Shown: positions 28,401 through 41,923 of the stretch, piece by piece | Layout: every line of letters begins with the position of its first letter | How positions within the stretch are numbered: the stretch's first letter is position 1 | Assembly (NCBI GenBank): GCA_951406725.2 | Contig: OX597821.1 | Span: 77,376,001 to 77,440,000, forward strand | DNA from: Octopus vulgaris | Taxonomy: Eukaryota | DNA: 64,000 bases | Reading direction: 5' to 3' | Program-made: the position numbers and the translations under genes | The notes under the pieces: model-generated | What the model was told of the DNA's origin: nothing | Databases searched by the model: none | The model's input: the letters and a program-made list of their open reading frames with translations, nothing else

Positions 28401-28502
28401 GCCGACAGAGATCAAAGAGGGGTGTCGACAGATATCAAAGGGGGTGTCGACAGAGATCAAAGTGTGTGCCTAAAAAGATCAAAGATGGTGCCGAAAGAGA
28501 TC
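25477..28502. repeat. Minisatellite array 1, unit CAGAGATCAAAGAGGGGTGCCGA (19-23 bp variants)
   Basis: Direct reading of the sequence; about 135-140 units, estimated from length. Confidence 0.97.
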
Positions 28503-28629
28503 TTCCCTTACAAACCCGAGCAACGGTAAATGTATTTACGGTAATTGCTTAGGTTATAATATTTCATTAATATATGTTTTGATGAACGTCAGATCTGATA
28601 ACAAGATTGCTTTACACCATTCAAGGCCT

Positions 28630-30455
28630 CAGAGATCAAAGAGGGGTGCCGACAGAGATCAAAGAGGGATGCACAGAGATCAAAGAGGGATGCACAGAGA
28701 TCAAAGGGGGTGCCGACAGAGATCAAAGGGGGTGCCGACAGAGATCAAAGAGGGGTGCCGACAGAGATCAAAGAGGGTGCCGAAAGAGATCAAAGGGGGT
28801 ATCGACAGAGATAAATGAGGGTGCTGACAGAGATCAAAGAGGGTACCGACAGAGATCAATTGGGGTGCCGACAGAAATCAAAGAGAGGTGCCGACAGAGA
28901 GCAAAGGGGTGCCGACATAGATCAAAGAGGGGTGCCGACAGAGATCAAAGGGGGTGCCGACAGAGATCAAAGAGGGGTGCCGACAGAGATCAAAGGGGTG
29001 GCGACAGAGATCAAAGAGGGGTGCCGACAGAGATCAAAGAGGGGTGCCGACAGAGATCAAGGAGGGATGCACAGAGATCAAAGGTAGTGCCGACAGAGAT
29101 CAAAGGGGGTGCCGACAGAGATCAAAGAGGGGTGCCGACAGGAATCAAAGAAGGTGCCGACAGAGATCAAAGAGGGTGCCGACAGAGATCAAAGAGGGTG
29201 CCGACAGAGATCAAAGGGGGTGCCGACAGAGATCAAAGAGGGGTGCCGACAGAGATCAAAGGGATGCCGACAGAGATCAAAGAGGGGTGCCGACAGAGAT
29301 CAAAGAGGGATGCACAGAGATCAAAGGGGGTGCCGACAGAGATCAAAGAGGGGTGCCGAAAGATATCAAAGAGGGGTGCCGACAGAGATCAAAGAAGGGT
29401 GCCGACAAGGATCAAAGAGGGTGCCGACAGAGATCAAAGAGGGGTGCCGACAGAGATCAAGGAGGGATGCACAGAGATCAAAGGGAGTGCCGACAGAGAT
29501 CAAAGGGGGTGCCGACAGAGATCAAAGAGGGGTGCCGACAGCAATCAAAGAGGGTGCCGACAGAGATCAAAGAGGGGTTCCGACAGAGATCAAAGAGGGG
29601 TGCCGACAGGAATCAAAGAGGGTGCCGACAGAGATCAAAGAGGGGTGCCGACAGAGATCAAAGAGGGTGCCGACAGAGATCAAATGGGGTGCCGACAGAG
29701 ATCAAAGAGGATGCACAGAGATCAAAGGGGTGCTGACAGAGATCAAAGGGGGTGCCGACAGAGATCAAAGAGGGGTGCCGACAGAGATCAAAGAGGGGTG
29801 CCGACAGAGATCAAAGAGAGGTGCCGACAGAGATCAAAGGGGATGCACAGAGATCAAAGGGGTGCTGACAGAGATCAAAGGGGGTGCCGACAGAGATCAC
29901 AGAGGGTGCCGACAGAGATCAAAGACGGGTGCCGACAGAGATCAAAGAGGGTACCGACAGAGATCAATGGGGGTGCCGACAGAAATCAAAGAGAGGTGCC
30001 GACAGAGATCAAAGAGGGTGCCGAAAGAGATCAAAGAGGGGTATCGACAGAGATCAAAGAGGGTGCCGACAGAGATCAAAGAGGGTACCGACAGAGATCA
30101 AATGGGGGTGCCGACAGAAATCAAAGAGAGGTGCCGACAGAGATCAAAGAGGGGTGCCGACAGAGACCAAAGGGGTGCCAACAGAGACCAAAGAGAGTGC
30201 CGACAGAGATCAAAGAGGGGTGCCGACAGAGATCAAAAAGTGTGCCGACAGAGATCAAAAAGGGTGCCGACAGAGATCAAAGGGGATGCCGACATAGATC
30301 AAGAGGGGTGCCGACAGAGATCAAAAGGGGTGCCGACAGAGATCAAAGGGGGTGCCGACAGAGATCAAAGAGGGGTGTCGACAGATATCAAAGGGGGTGT
30401 CGACAGAGATCAAAGTGTGTGCCTAAAAAGATCAAAGATGGTGCCGAAAGAGATC
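28630..30455. repeat. Minisatellite array 2, same unit
   Basis: Direct reading of the sequence; about 80-85 units, estimated from length. Opening and closing variants are in the same order as in array 1. Confidence 0.97.
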
Positions 30456-30494
30456 TTCCCTTACAAACCCGAGCAACGCCGGGCGATACTGCTA

Positions 30495-30539
<45 letters not shown>

Positions 30540-30543
<4 letters not shown>

Positions 30544-31700
30544 GGAGTATAACTCCAAACTTACAGGGAAAAATTCTATTTAGTATTAAATCAAATTTCA
30601 CAATATAAATATATAAAATACAAATTAGAGATAAAACCACCTTTTGCAACTCAACAGTGATAGACATAAACCAAAACATAAATAATCAAATATTATATAT
30701 TTTTATAAAATATAAAACTAGATCTCAAAATGTATAAAAATGAATGATCAATATATAATAAGTAAGAAAAACTACGTACATGGCTACAGTTAAATTCGAA
30801 TTACACTTAAGTTTAAATTTAATTGAAATAAATTCGATTTAAAATTATAGTCAATCTTCAGATTAACGATAATAGTTAAATAAATAAGCAAATAGAGTTA
30901 AACAATATTTATTTAAAAAACAAATAAAATAATAATTTTTCTTGTAGAAAAAACTCCATTAACTAAATTTTAAAACTTAAAACATTAGGATTATTTCCTA
31001 CAACCCATTTATTATGTTAAATATTAAATATTTAAGGTAAAGAGAAAAAAAAATAGATAGAAATATGTACTTATCTGTGGAGATATAATTTGGCTTAAAA
31101 AAACATTAATAAACTATCGAATATCTTTAACTCAGTTATACTCCAATATTTAATTACCAAATTATTTAACAAATAATCGCTATTAATATTTTTAGATTTA
31201 AGTTCGCATATAAAAATTATAAAATAATAAATACATAAAATAAATATCTAAATTATAATCAACAAATATAGTAATTAAAAATCTAAAATTTTCTCTATCA
31301 ATAAATGTATAAACATATAACCAAGAAGAGATTAGTCCATTATTACTTACATAAATATTATGGATATCTATAGAATATATTTATAAAATACAATTTAAGA
31401 ATTGAAAAATTCAAATTAAAAACGTATAACCTATCTTTATAATATACTTATTATTTCTTTTATCATCACTATTATCAATAACATTTATACGATCTATATC
31501 ACAACGTGACTAACTAATATCTTAAAATGTACGTTCAGTTATAATAATTATATACTAATAATAATTAAATAAATGTACATATCTAAATTATCATTAACAG
31601 CTAAAATAATTATATATACAAATTCAACAATCAATAGTTATATAGAATACAATGATATTTTTTAAATAAAAAAGTTTACTTATCTCTCAAAAGGCGTATC
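30540..31700 (-). mobile_element. Very AT-rich Penelope-like relic (same family as 6260 and 56722)
   Basis: Alignable with 6260-7120. Minus strand retains CTGAAGA plus a helix II start near 30860, and FICELKSKNIN (~31213-31181), which weakly resembles PLE GIY-YIG YIWELKxKNI. Confidence 0.5.
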
Positions 31701-31723
31701 ACTAAGTTAGTGATACTGAGGGC

Positions 31724-32090
31724 TTATTACCTGCGCTTTCGCTAAGGCAGAGGTATTGTTTTCAGTCGTGTTTGTTTGTCCGTGGACAAGATATCTCAAG
31801 AACCGCTGGATGGATTCGCATGAAACTTTCAGGAATGTTTGGCCTCGTGACTGGCACGAATTGATTAGATTTTGGGATCGATTTGGTACCGGACAAGGAT
31901 TCTGGATTATTTTATCTGTTTTTTTACTTAATTTTTGAGAGCAGTTGGGTTCATTTTTAGTATTCTCATTTGTGAGAGCAGTTGGGCTTATTTCAGATAT
32001 TCTCATTTTAAAGATTATCTCTGGCTAATTGTTGAGAGGACATTGGTGTTGCCTTGACGGAGGTTTGCACTCTCTGAGTGCTCTTGTTTT
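31724..32090 (+). mobile_element. Helentron-associated non-autonomous element (HINE/DINE-1-like)
   Basis: 5' TTATTACCTGCGC..AAGGCAGAGGTA sub-terminal inverted repeat, (GTTT)n, 3' CCTTGACGGAGGT plus hairpin GCACTC-TCT-GAGTGC, and a T-rich end. Confidence 0.7.
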
Positions 32091-32609
32091 GAAACATTTC
32101 CGTTGCCTTTCAAAACGCTAGTCAACAACCGACCTCTTTACTGGGAACATTTAAAAACTTTAATTTTGATACTTTCATTTACTTGCTTCCGTCCTTAGAG
32201 TGTGGCCATGCTAGGCTGCCATCTTGAAGGGTTTTAGTCGAACATAACGATCCCAGAATTTTTTTTATCGGGTTTCTTAAACAAACCACCACCGGTTGTC
32301 AGTTGATGATAGTGGGAGACAAACACAGGTACACACACACACACACACGTAAATAAGTACGACGGGTTTCCACACAGTTTCAATCTGCCAAATCCGTTTA
32401 CAAGACATTGGCCAGCAAGGGCTTACAGTAGAAAACACTTGCGCAAGGTGTCACACAGTAGGACTAAACCCGAAACCACATGTTTGAAAAGCGCACTTCT
32501 TCCCCACATAGCCATACCTGCAACTATTTATGTAATATAATGTGTAACAATGGTCTCCTAACACTAATTCTGACTCTTTATAATAAATTTTGGCAAAATC
32601 CAGACATCT

Positions 32610-32640
<31 letters not shown>

Positions 32641-33744
32641 TTTGTGGATGTGGCTAATAGATTAGATCGACCGCAGGACTCCACCGGTACTTATTTTATC
32701 GGCCCAGAAAGGATGAAATGCAAAGTTAGCTTCAGCGGGATTTGAACTCAGAACGTAAACAGACGTAAGAAACATGAATTTTTATCAAATCACTAGAAAT
32801 AAAAAAAAGAAAAACAATTACCAATTCCCATTGATTCCATCATCTTTCTCTTTTCAATTCCAATTAAAAGACAGTTTAACCGATTCGATTCTTGCGATAG
32901 TCTTCGTGTGAATTATTTCTTTTCACCATTTTAGTCTTAATCAGAACCGGTGCTTCGTTGGTTAGTTCTGGCTGGGCCAGCCTTTCAGAGATTCATTCCT
33001 TGTTGGCAGACTCTAACTAGAAAATATGGGGATTTTTTTCTTTCTCCTTTTGTTTCTTTTTTCTTTTCTTTTTTTTTTTTTTTTTTTTACTTTCTTCTCC
33101 ATTGATATTTCTAAAGCTTAATGTATGTTCTCGGCTTAAATGAAATTAGAAGATTTTCAGATACACGATACCTTGATACTTAAAAAATTATGATTAATTG
33201 AAACAGTATGTCGTTATTTCAAATATATGGACTTCAGTGAATTTAAACTTTGCGAATTAAACATTTCACAACAACCGTTACTTCAATGCAATGTGTGTGT
33301 GTGCGTGCGTGCGTGCGTGTGTGTGCGTGCGTGCGTGTGTGTGAGTGTGTGTAAATTGCGAGTTGTTATTTGTCGAGTCGAAGAGTCAGTAATCAATGAA
33401 TTCAGTCAATAATCCATATATATGCCTGCCATGTAGTAGTGAGTCCGCATCTAAAACGTTTAACTCATACTAGCTCAGTCTACCTGACTGTAAATCATCC
33501 TCAGATAAGAACGTCCTCAAATAAAAATCTAATAGCCGTAGTACTTCTTAAGACCGGTTACTCGATCTTAAGAAGATCCCTTTAAGGTGGCCGATATCTC
33601 ATGTAAGTGACCGATATCCCTTGAACGAAACGCCAATCCGTTGCAGGCTCCAACGTCCACAATTTCGAAAGGAGGTGATAAGTCAATTTAAAGTAAGAAG
33701 CAAAATAAAAGAAATAAGAAAGGAAAGATACCTATTTGTATATA

Positions 33745-34280
33745 CAGGATGTTCAAAAAAGTCTCCCCGCACTAAGTATTTTATTGCAAAATAAATATTT
33801 ATAAGATGCTATAAGACTACAAAAGAATATATTAGACTTTACAAGACTTTAAAAAACTTAATAAGAGGTGTTGAAAATATCGTCCTTCATTTTCACTTCA
33901 TAAGTTGTCTCTTCTACACATGTTTTGAAATACATCTTGGAAAGTCTGACGCGGTATGGACCGTGTGAAGTTTATGATTGCGTCTTTTTAGCTCATTAAT
34001 GGTTTTCGGGAGATTCTTGTACACTGATAATTTACTTGTTTCCCAGAAAAAAAGTCTGGTGTTGTTAAATCAGGTGATCTTGGTGGCCAAAGTCCCTTCG
34101 AAATAATCCGTTCACCGAAAAACTCTTGAAGTAACGCCATGGTGATGCGCGAAGTATGTGCTGTAGTTCCATCTTGCTGAAAGTATTCATTTATTGATTT
34201 CACTTTCAGTGAGTTGGCCAACAAATGGATAGACAATATTTGAACAATACCTCTCGATGTTGATGGTGTCATGCGTAGGA
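33745..34280 (-). mobile_element. Tc1/mariner (DDxD-type) transposase pseudogene, C-terminal half with one TIR
   Basis: YFQQDGTTAHTS...IISKGLWPPRSPDLTTPDFF, then frameshifted WETSKLSVYKNLPKTINELK...FQNMCRR...GRYFQHLL; TA|CAGGATGTTCAAAAAAGT terminus at 33745. Confidence 0.92.
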
Positions 34281-34847
34281 TGAAAAAAATTAACTGCGGA
34301 GATATGGATGTAGAGAATCGTGTGGCTATCACAGAAAGCACTTCTAACGGCTTCAACTAACAGAGTTGAATCGTCGTTGTAACCATGATGTTCGGGTGGT
34401 CTGATGAGCTGGCTTTCTTTATTTGCATTAGTTTGTGAGAGTGCAGTTGTGTTGTATAATGCGTTGTATGTATATTAATACAAACGTGTAAACATAATTT
34501 ATTCCACTACGAAATTTATTGCAACATGAAGATGGCTGCGAAACGGCCGTAATCCTAATGATGTTAAGCAGTTAAATAAATGTATTCACCATTTATACCA
34601 CCTGACTTTTATGGTGTTTATATATATATATGTGGGGGTGTTGTGTGTGTGTGTGGAGAGAGAGAGAGGTGTTTAAATGTGCATTTATATACATATATAT
34701 ATATATGTGAGTATAAATTAAAAATAAGCTCTTTTAGATACATAAAAACAACAAATAAAAACCTCACTATATATATTGAAATTAACGTTTATAATTTTAC
34801 TGACTTAGAATTTATTTTATTTCATTTTCTCTACATATATATAAAGA

Positions 34848-35323
<476 letters not shown>

Positions 35324-36494
35324 AGTTGGGAATAATGCCAACATCCACAGGAAACGTAGCCTCTCTAGGACAAATGACTACCATATCGCATTCTGAATAT
35401 TATGCCTTTGTAATCCAAGAACAAGAGATTGATACACGTGCGTAATTACCAAAGGAGATAGTAAAGATATTGATTACTTGTAGACGTAAGAAAATTCTTG
35501 ACTGCACTCTATTTCTGCGGAGGACATTATATAGCACACTCAGCAACAATCCTACAATCCTATTGATAGTATTATGAAATAGATGCTTCATAAGCCGAGA
35601 TGTTCTAACAATAAATAATGCCATAATTAGTGAAGAATTCCGGGGGTTTAAACCTCAAATATCCTACTGGTGTAATATTTAACTGTATTTTTGAACCCAA
35701 AAGAGTATTGATGGGAGATTCTTATTAGAAAATCTCCAGCGATGAGATACATCTCCAGGTACTGTTGTCTGCGATTTTGTAAAAACAAAATAATAAAGCA
35801 CGCATAGTGCCCTCTGGATGATCATTATCACAAGCGGAAGTAACTATCTCCTGCTCTAAAGGGCCATTAATGTAAGCGTGTGACTGGATTAGAAATTTGA
35901 ATCTGAAAGCAAGGAATATGAAAAAACAGGAAACATGGAAACTATGTCTGTATTCTTTTCGGCTTTTCGGTTTTTTATTCGTTTCGGACATTGGACCGCA
36001 GCCATGCGGGGTACTGCTTTGAAAGGATTTACTCAAGTAAATCGACCCCAGTATGTATTTTTAAGCTTTGTAATTAGACTATTGGTTATCTTTTGCCAAA
36101 CCGCTAGATTACGAGGATGTAGACAAACTAACACCGGTTGTCAAGCAGTGGGGACCAGGAGGACAATGACACCTACTCTCAGATATACAGTGGATTCTCT
36201 CATCAGCTTCGCCCTACGAAGCTCCAACAACCAGTACTACACGTTAGACTAACCACGCAAAAAACTGCTTGTGCGCGACCAGTAGCATTTCTAGGAAATG
36301 CTGATAGCAGAAAATTGATGCAAATGTCTCCCACAAATTCAATGAACATGCTAGTCGATCTGGAGTTTCTCCATCTCTTGGGTTAGTTGACTTTGCTACG
36401 GTTTTAAGTCCAACCTTCCTAAGTAGGACAAATCCGTGCATGGCCACGAAAAACAAGAACTTATAAATCCTTCACACACACATATATGTATATA

Positions 36495-36653
36495 GGCGCA
36501 GAAGTGGCTGTGTGGTAAGAAGCTTGCTCCTAACCATATGGTTTCGGGTTCAGTCCCTTTGCGTGGCACCTTGGGCAGGTGTCTTCTATTTTAGCCTCGG
36601 GCTGATCAAAGCCGTGTGAGTGGTTTTGGTAGGCGGAAACTGAAAGAAGCCAG

Positions 36654-36692
<39 letters not shown>

Positions 36693-36890
36693 GTATGTAT
36701 GTATTTGTATGTCTGTGCTGACCACACCACAAACATCGCTTGACAACCGATGTTGCTGTTTTTCCTTCCCTGTAACTCAGCAGTTCAGCAAAACAGACCG
36801 ATAGAAATAAATCCTGGGATGGATTCTTTTCAACTAAAGGTGGTGCACCTGCATGGCCGCAGTCAAATGACTGGAACAAGTAAAATAATA
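36495..36890 (+). mobile_element. SINE family A, full length
   Basis: A-box TGGCTGTGTGG, B-box GGTTCAGTCCC and the family tail. Confidence 0.85.
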
Positions 36891-36892
36891 GA

Positions 36893-36935
<43 letters not shown>

Positions 36936-37010
36936 CAGTATGCTCTTCCGTGAAGGCAAGATCAACAAAAAGAGTACTCCATCTGGTGAGAAATTACAGT
37001 AAATGTTTTT

Positions 37011-37098
37011 AAGAGCTACTAATAGTTTCATGCGATGAAAACAACTCAGACAGCATTTTATAACACGTCTGGTGCCTTCATGCAATCTTCAGGCCCTT
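37011..37098 (-). ncRNA. Type I hammerhead ribozyme motif (PLE type)
   Basis: Minus strand: aagggc CTGAAGA ttgcatgaaggca...tgttttcatcgcat GAAA cta-t-tag TA gctctt. 6-bp helix I (one G-U), long helix II, GUA triplet. Confidence 0.75.
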
Positions 37099-37790
37099 CT
37101 ATATTCTGTGTTCATTAAATTATATATATATATTATTTATATATATCATGTAATTAGTTGACCGTTGACTCTCTTCTGAGTTCACACACCCTTTAAGTGT
37201 CTGGCTTTTATCCCAACACCCTGACCACTAGGCCGCAGGCCTCAACTGAGTGCGATTCCTCGGTTTTCTTCTGTATTTCTTTCAGTCTTTTTCTCTTTCT
37301 GCTAGAAATCGATTATGGTCAGAAGCGAAAGGAATGGCATTCGTCAGTTCTAAGATTTCTCAAAACACGTCATACATTACGACAACGTCTTGGAGCCTGA
37401 GGCCGCAAGGTAAGGCAATGTATTCAGTTAAGTTACAAAAGGCTTCGGTAATATTCTTCAAAACTTTGTCTTCGAACAAAGAAAAGAAGTAGGGAGTTTC
37501 TTCATAGTCAGTCAATCTGCTAGAAATAACAGCCAAATTTCTTACCCTTTTATCATGCCCCACCATCTTAGAAATCAATGGAATATTGAATTAGATTACG
37601 TGTATGCACCACAGAATAGTGAAAGCAGGGATTCCTTTAATGATAGCTCTTTTCCATCAGACCGAATAGGGAGCCAAACAACAAAAGTAACAACACATCC
37701 AAAGATAATCTGTAGCAGAGTCAATGAATACACGCAGAACTGTTCTAGAGTTTAGTGTATAAATATACATCTACCTACATGTGCGTGTGT

Positions 37791-37835
<45 letters not shown>

Positions 37836-37971
37836 ACGTGTATGTGTATATAGAGTAAGAGGGAGAAAGATAGATCGATAAATAGATATAGATTTAGATA
37901 TACTCATATACATACAGACATATATATATACATATATATGTATATATATATATACATATATATATATATTT

Positions 37972-38058
37972 ATATATATATATATATGCATAAATGTATA
38001 GCAAACACTATGTGTGTGTATATATCTATATGTATATCTATATATACATGTATATATG

Positions 38059-38097
<39 letters not shown>

Positions 38098-38153
38098 ATA
38101 TAGATATACATATAGATATATACACACACATAGTGTTTGCTATACATTTATGC

Positions 38154-38170
<17 letters not shown>
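37972..38170. repeat. Fold-back inverted repeat around a (TA)n centre
   Basis: TGCATAAATGTATAGCAAACACTATG... at 37987 and ...CATAGTGTTTGCTATACATTTATGCA ending at 38154; a third partial copy at 38180-38203. Confidence 0.8.
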
Positions 38171-38190
<20 letters not shown>

Positions 38191-39840
38191 TAGTGTTTGC
38201 TATCAAATGTAAGTACTCGGATTTTTGAGTGCATGCAAGGCCTCTTTCACCCTTCTAGCTAGGAGATGGTTCTCCTTAGCCACAAGCAGGTGCTTCTTCT
38301 GTGGCACTTTTTATGGGATATAAAACACACACACACACAAACACATATATATATATACACATATGTGTATATATGTATGCGTGTGTGTGTTTGTATGCAT
38401 GTTGTGATGTATGTATGTATGTATGTACGAACACTGAAATGTCTTCGTACATGATGTTTTATTGCAATGCACTGATTAAAGTACTGTACTCAAATGTTTG
38501 TGTCTGCGCTTCCCTTGTGGCAAATAAAAGAATGTATATTATTCAACACACTCTTGTGAGTGTGTGCATGCGTGTGTACGCAATACTTGAGCGAATGTAT
38601 GCGTTTTTGTTTATTGTTTCCTCTGTTTGACTGAGGATGGTTGTTGCTTCGGTTTATGTGTTCATGCTTGAGTGTGTGTGTGAATGTGTGTGAATGTGTG
38701 TGTGAATGTGTGTGTGTGAATGTGTGTGTGTGTGTGTGGAAAGCAAGTTTGTGCGATGATATCAGATGTATATATATTTGAAGACAATTGTCTTCGTTAA
38801 GCTGGTTTTATTTTTTGTCTTTTAGATTTTGCTACATTTTTTTTCCTTTTTGTTATTTTTTATTTCTTTTGCTATCAGATAACCTAATTCTTGTAAAACA
38901 TTAATCTAACCCCAGATGATGTCTGCTGTGGAGAAAGAGAAGGAGAGAGAGAAGGAAAGAGAAAATGGCTACGGATAGATAGTAAAATACCTCCACCGAC
39001 AAATTAGGTCAGAAACGGCACCACTTCACCTATATTTCTTAGAACTTTCTTCTCTTGTACTTGAAGATCCATCTTCTGTCTAACCGAGCAACCAACAACA
39101 CACGTGCCAATCTTGAATCTACATCGTCTGTCTTGTGATCGTCTCTTCTATTTTACTCGTCATCTTGAACTGTCTTCATCATCATCATCATCCTCATCAT
39201 CATCATCATCGTCGTCGTCGTCGTCGTCGTCATCATCATCATCATTATTAGCAACAGCAGCATCAACAGCAGCAGTAGCAGAATATTAAAGGATGAGGTA
39301 CAGTTGTTAGAGTTTCGGAAAAAAAAAGCGTTTTGCAGAAATTGTTCCGGTTCTCTAAGTTTCTAGGTTCAAATCCCGCTTGAGGTCGCCTTTGCCATTC
39401 ATTCTTTCGAGATCGATAAAATAAAGTACCTGTCAAGGACTGGTGTCAATGGAGTCGGTTAACCAGTCTCCTCTCACGAAATTATTGGCCTTGTGCCTAA
39501 ATGAAAAAAACCCAGCCGGACAAAATGCCTTGCAATATTTCATCCGTCTTTACGTTCTGAGTTAAAATTCCGCAGAGGTCGACTTTGCATTTCATCCTTT
39601 CGGGATATGTATATGTGTATATGTATGCATGTATGTATGTGTATGTATATGTAAATATATGTGTGTGCATGTATGTATTATGTATGTGTGTATGTATATG
39701 TAAATATGTATATGTATATATGTGTGTGTATGTATTTTGTATATATGTGTGTATGTATATGTAAATATGTATAGGTATATATGTTTGTGTGTGTATGTGT
39801 GTATGCACGTATGTATGCATGTATGTGCATATATATCTAA

Positions 39841-39895
<55 letters not shown>

Positions 39896-40458
39896 TGTGT
39901 GTGTGTGATTAAGAGAATATGTGTTGTCAGAGGAAGAAGGGTAAAAACCCTAAACATTTTCTGGGAATGAAAAAGTTGTTCGGAGAAGAGGAACACATTA
40001 TCCTCAAATTAAAACTTTGGACCGAATGCTTGAAACGCATTCGACTCGGCTAACAATTCTGAAGGATCGAATTCTTGTGTCAAACTAGGGGACAGAGGAA
40101 GTCACCTACGTAAAGCATGTGGGAGAGAGTTTGTTTTGTATATGTATTTAATGGTATAACAGACGCGCGGGCGTATTTGACGCATCCCAATTTCATGAGA
40201 AATGTCTTTCGCGCATTTACGCATGCAGTATAGCTTTAACATTTACGTATAGCATTTACGCATGCAGTATAGCTTTTTTCAAATTTTGATTTATTTATTT
40301 ATTGGCAAAAATGCATTTTATGGATTATCAGATACGATAGGTATAAACCGAGGACATGCATGCATGAGAGAAAGCATGTTCACGTGTGTATATGTAAACA
40401 AATAGAGGGTTAAAAGATGGGCTAGAGAGAGAGTATTTCTGTATGAGTATGAGAGAGC

Positions 40459-40787
40459 GTGGTGGAGCCGCAATGGCACAGTGGTAGCGGACTCGCGGCC
40501 GGAGGATCGCGTTTTCGATTCCCAGACCGGGCGTTGTGTGTGTTTATTGAGCGAAAAATACCTAAAAGCTCCACGGGGCTCCGGCAGGGGGGGGGGTGAC
40601 CCCTGTTGTACTCTTTCGCTCCAACTTTCTCTTACTCTTTCTTCCTGTTTCTTGAGTAACGCTGCGATGGACTGGCGTCCCGTCCAGCCGGGAGAGGGGG
40701 CGGGAAACATACGCCACAGAAACCGGGAAACCGGGCCCATGAGTCTGGCTAGGCTTGAAAAGGGCGCATAAATATTAAAAAAAAATA
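40459..40787 (+). mobile_element. Chimeric tRNA-SINE (family C head/body, tail of the 20884 type) with 10-bp TSD
   Basis: ATGAGAGAGC at 40449-40458 and 40788-40797; tail GAGTAACGCTGCGATGGACTGGCGTCCCGTCCAG...GAAACCGGGAAACCGGGCCCATGAG. Confidence 0.85.
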
Positions 40788-40930
40788 ATGAGAGAGCATG
40801 CGGTTGTTTGCCTGAGTAGCTGTACGTGATTATATAGACATAAGTGTGTGTATAGATACAAGTACACGCAGATATATGAGTTTTGGTGTACCAAGATGTG
40901 TGTACCAAGATGTGTGTGTATGTGTGTGTG

Positions 40931-40962
<32 letters not shown>

Positions 40963-41420
40963 GAGAGGAGAAGGACAGAGCGATGCATGCTTAGCTAGCA
41001 GTAAGGCAAACATTTCTTAGCGATTTCGTGATAAACAACACTCTTGGGTAATTCACCTTGAATAGCATTGACATAAAGATTGTTCTTGCCTGCAACATCT
41101 ATAACTAAGAGATATAACCTGACGCTCGGTATATGCCAAAGATGTACGTGTGTGTGTGTGTGTTTTTGCGTGTGATAAATATATTCATTGTAAAACAAAA
41201 TTACGATGCTGGTCGATGTGGTCCGTATCTGATTGAAATTGTTTGACGGAAATACAGAGCATCGCAAACTAAGTAATTGACCAAACAACTGGTTGGCATA
41301 ATGAGTACAATTACGTTCGTAATTCTGCTGCTGCTGCTGCTGCTGGTGATGGTGATGATGATGATGAGGTTCTGATGGTGGTGGTGTCAATGTTTAAGTG
41401 AAGAAAATAAAAAGATGTTG

Positions 41421-41463
<43 letters not shown>

Positions 41464-41923
41464 ATAAATAATCTATAAACATATGCATATATACATACAT
41501 ATATGTGCATGCTTACATCTATATGTATATATACATGCATATATGGGTACCGGACACACAAAATAAAACGTTGAACACAATGAAAAACGAAAATATAAAA
41601 ACAAAATCATGGAAACGAAGTTTTTTTCAAACAACGAAAAAACAGAGTACAAGACATACAACACAAGGAATATTCCCCTTCTTCAGTTGTCCCTGCTTCG
41701 TCTACTTCGCGTTTCGAAGGTAAGGACAAGACGTGACTTCGTTGAAACAGTCCTTCTTGCAAAGCAAATTTTAAAAAATTTTGGATTTTTTGCGGAGGGG
41801 TAGAAGTGGTAACAAAAACGGGACAGTGAGAACAATACAAATAAAAATAGTAAAAGACAGGACAAGGAGAATAACACAGTAAAAACAAACGATGAGGGCT
41901 GTTAAGCCAAGACGATGGGAAAA

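Larger units (their letters stand above)
25370..30495 (+). mobile_element. Helitron-ended element present as a head-to-tail dimer, carrying a minisatellite
   Basis: Identical ~105-bp leaders at 25370 and 28523. The 3' end TTCCCTTACAAACCCGAGCAACGCCGGGCGATACTGCTAG|T (CTAG at 30492-30495) matches the end of 24178-24558. Confidence 0.75.

Noticed and set aside
25477-30455. CRISPR array
   Set aside because: There are no unique spacers and no cas genes, and the context is eukaryotic.
25454-30608. ORFs of up to 722 aa (PTEIK/GADRDQR/CRQRSK repeats)
   Set aside because: All three + frames are open because the repeat unit lacks stop codons, and unit lengths of 19-23 nt do not preserve frame.
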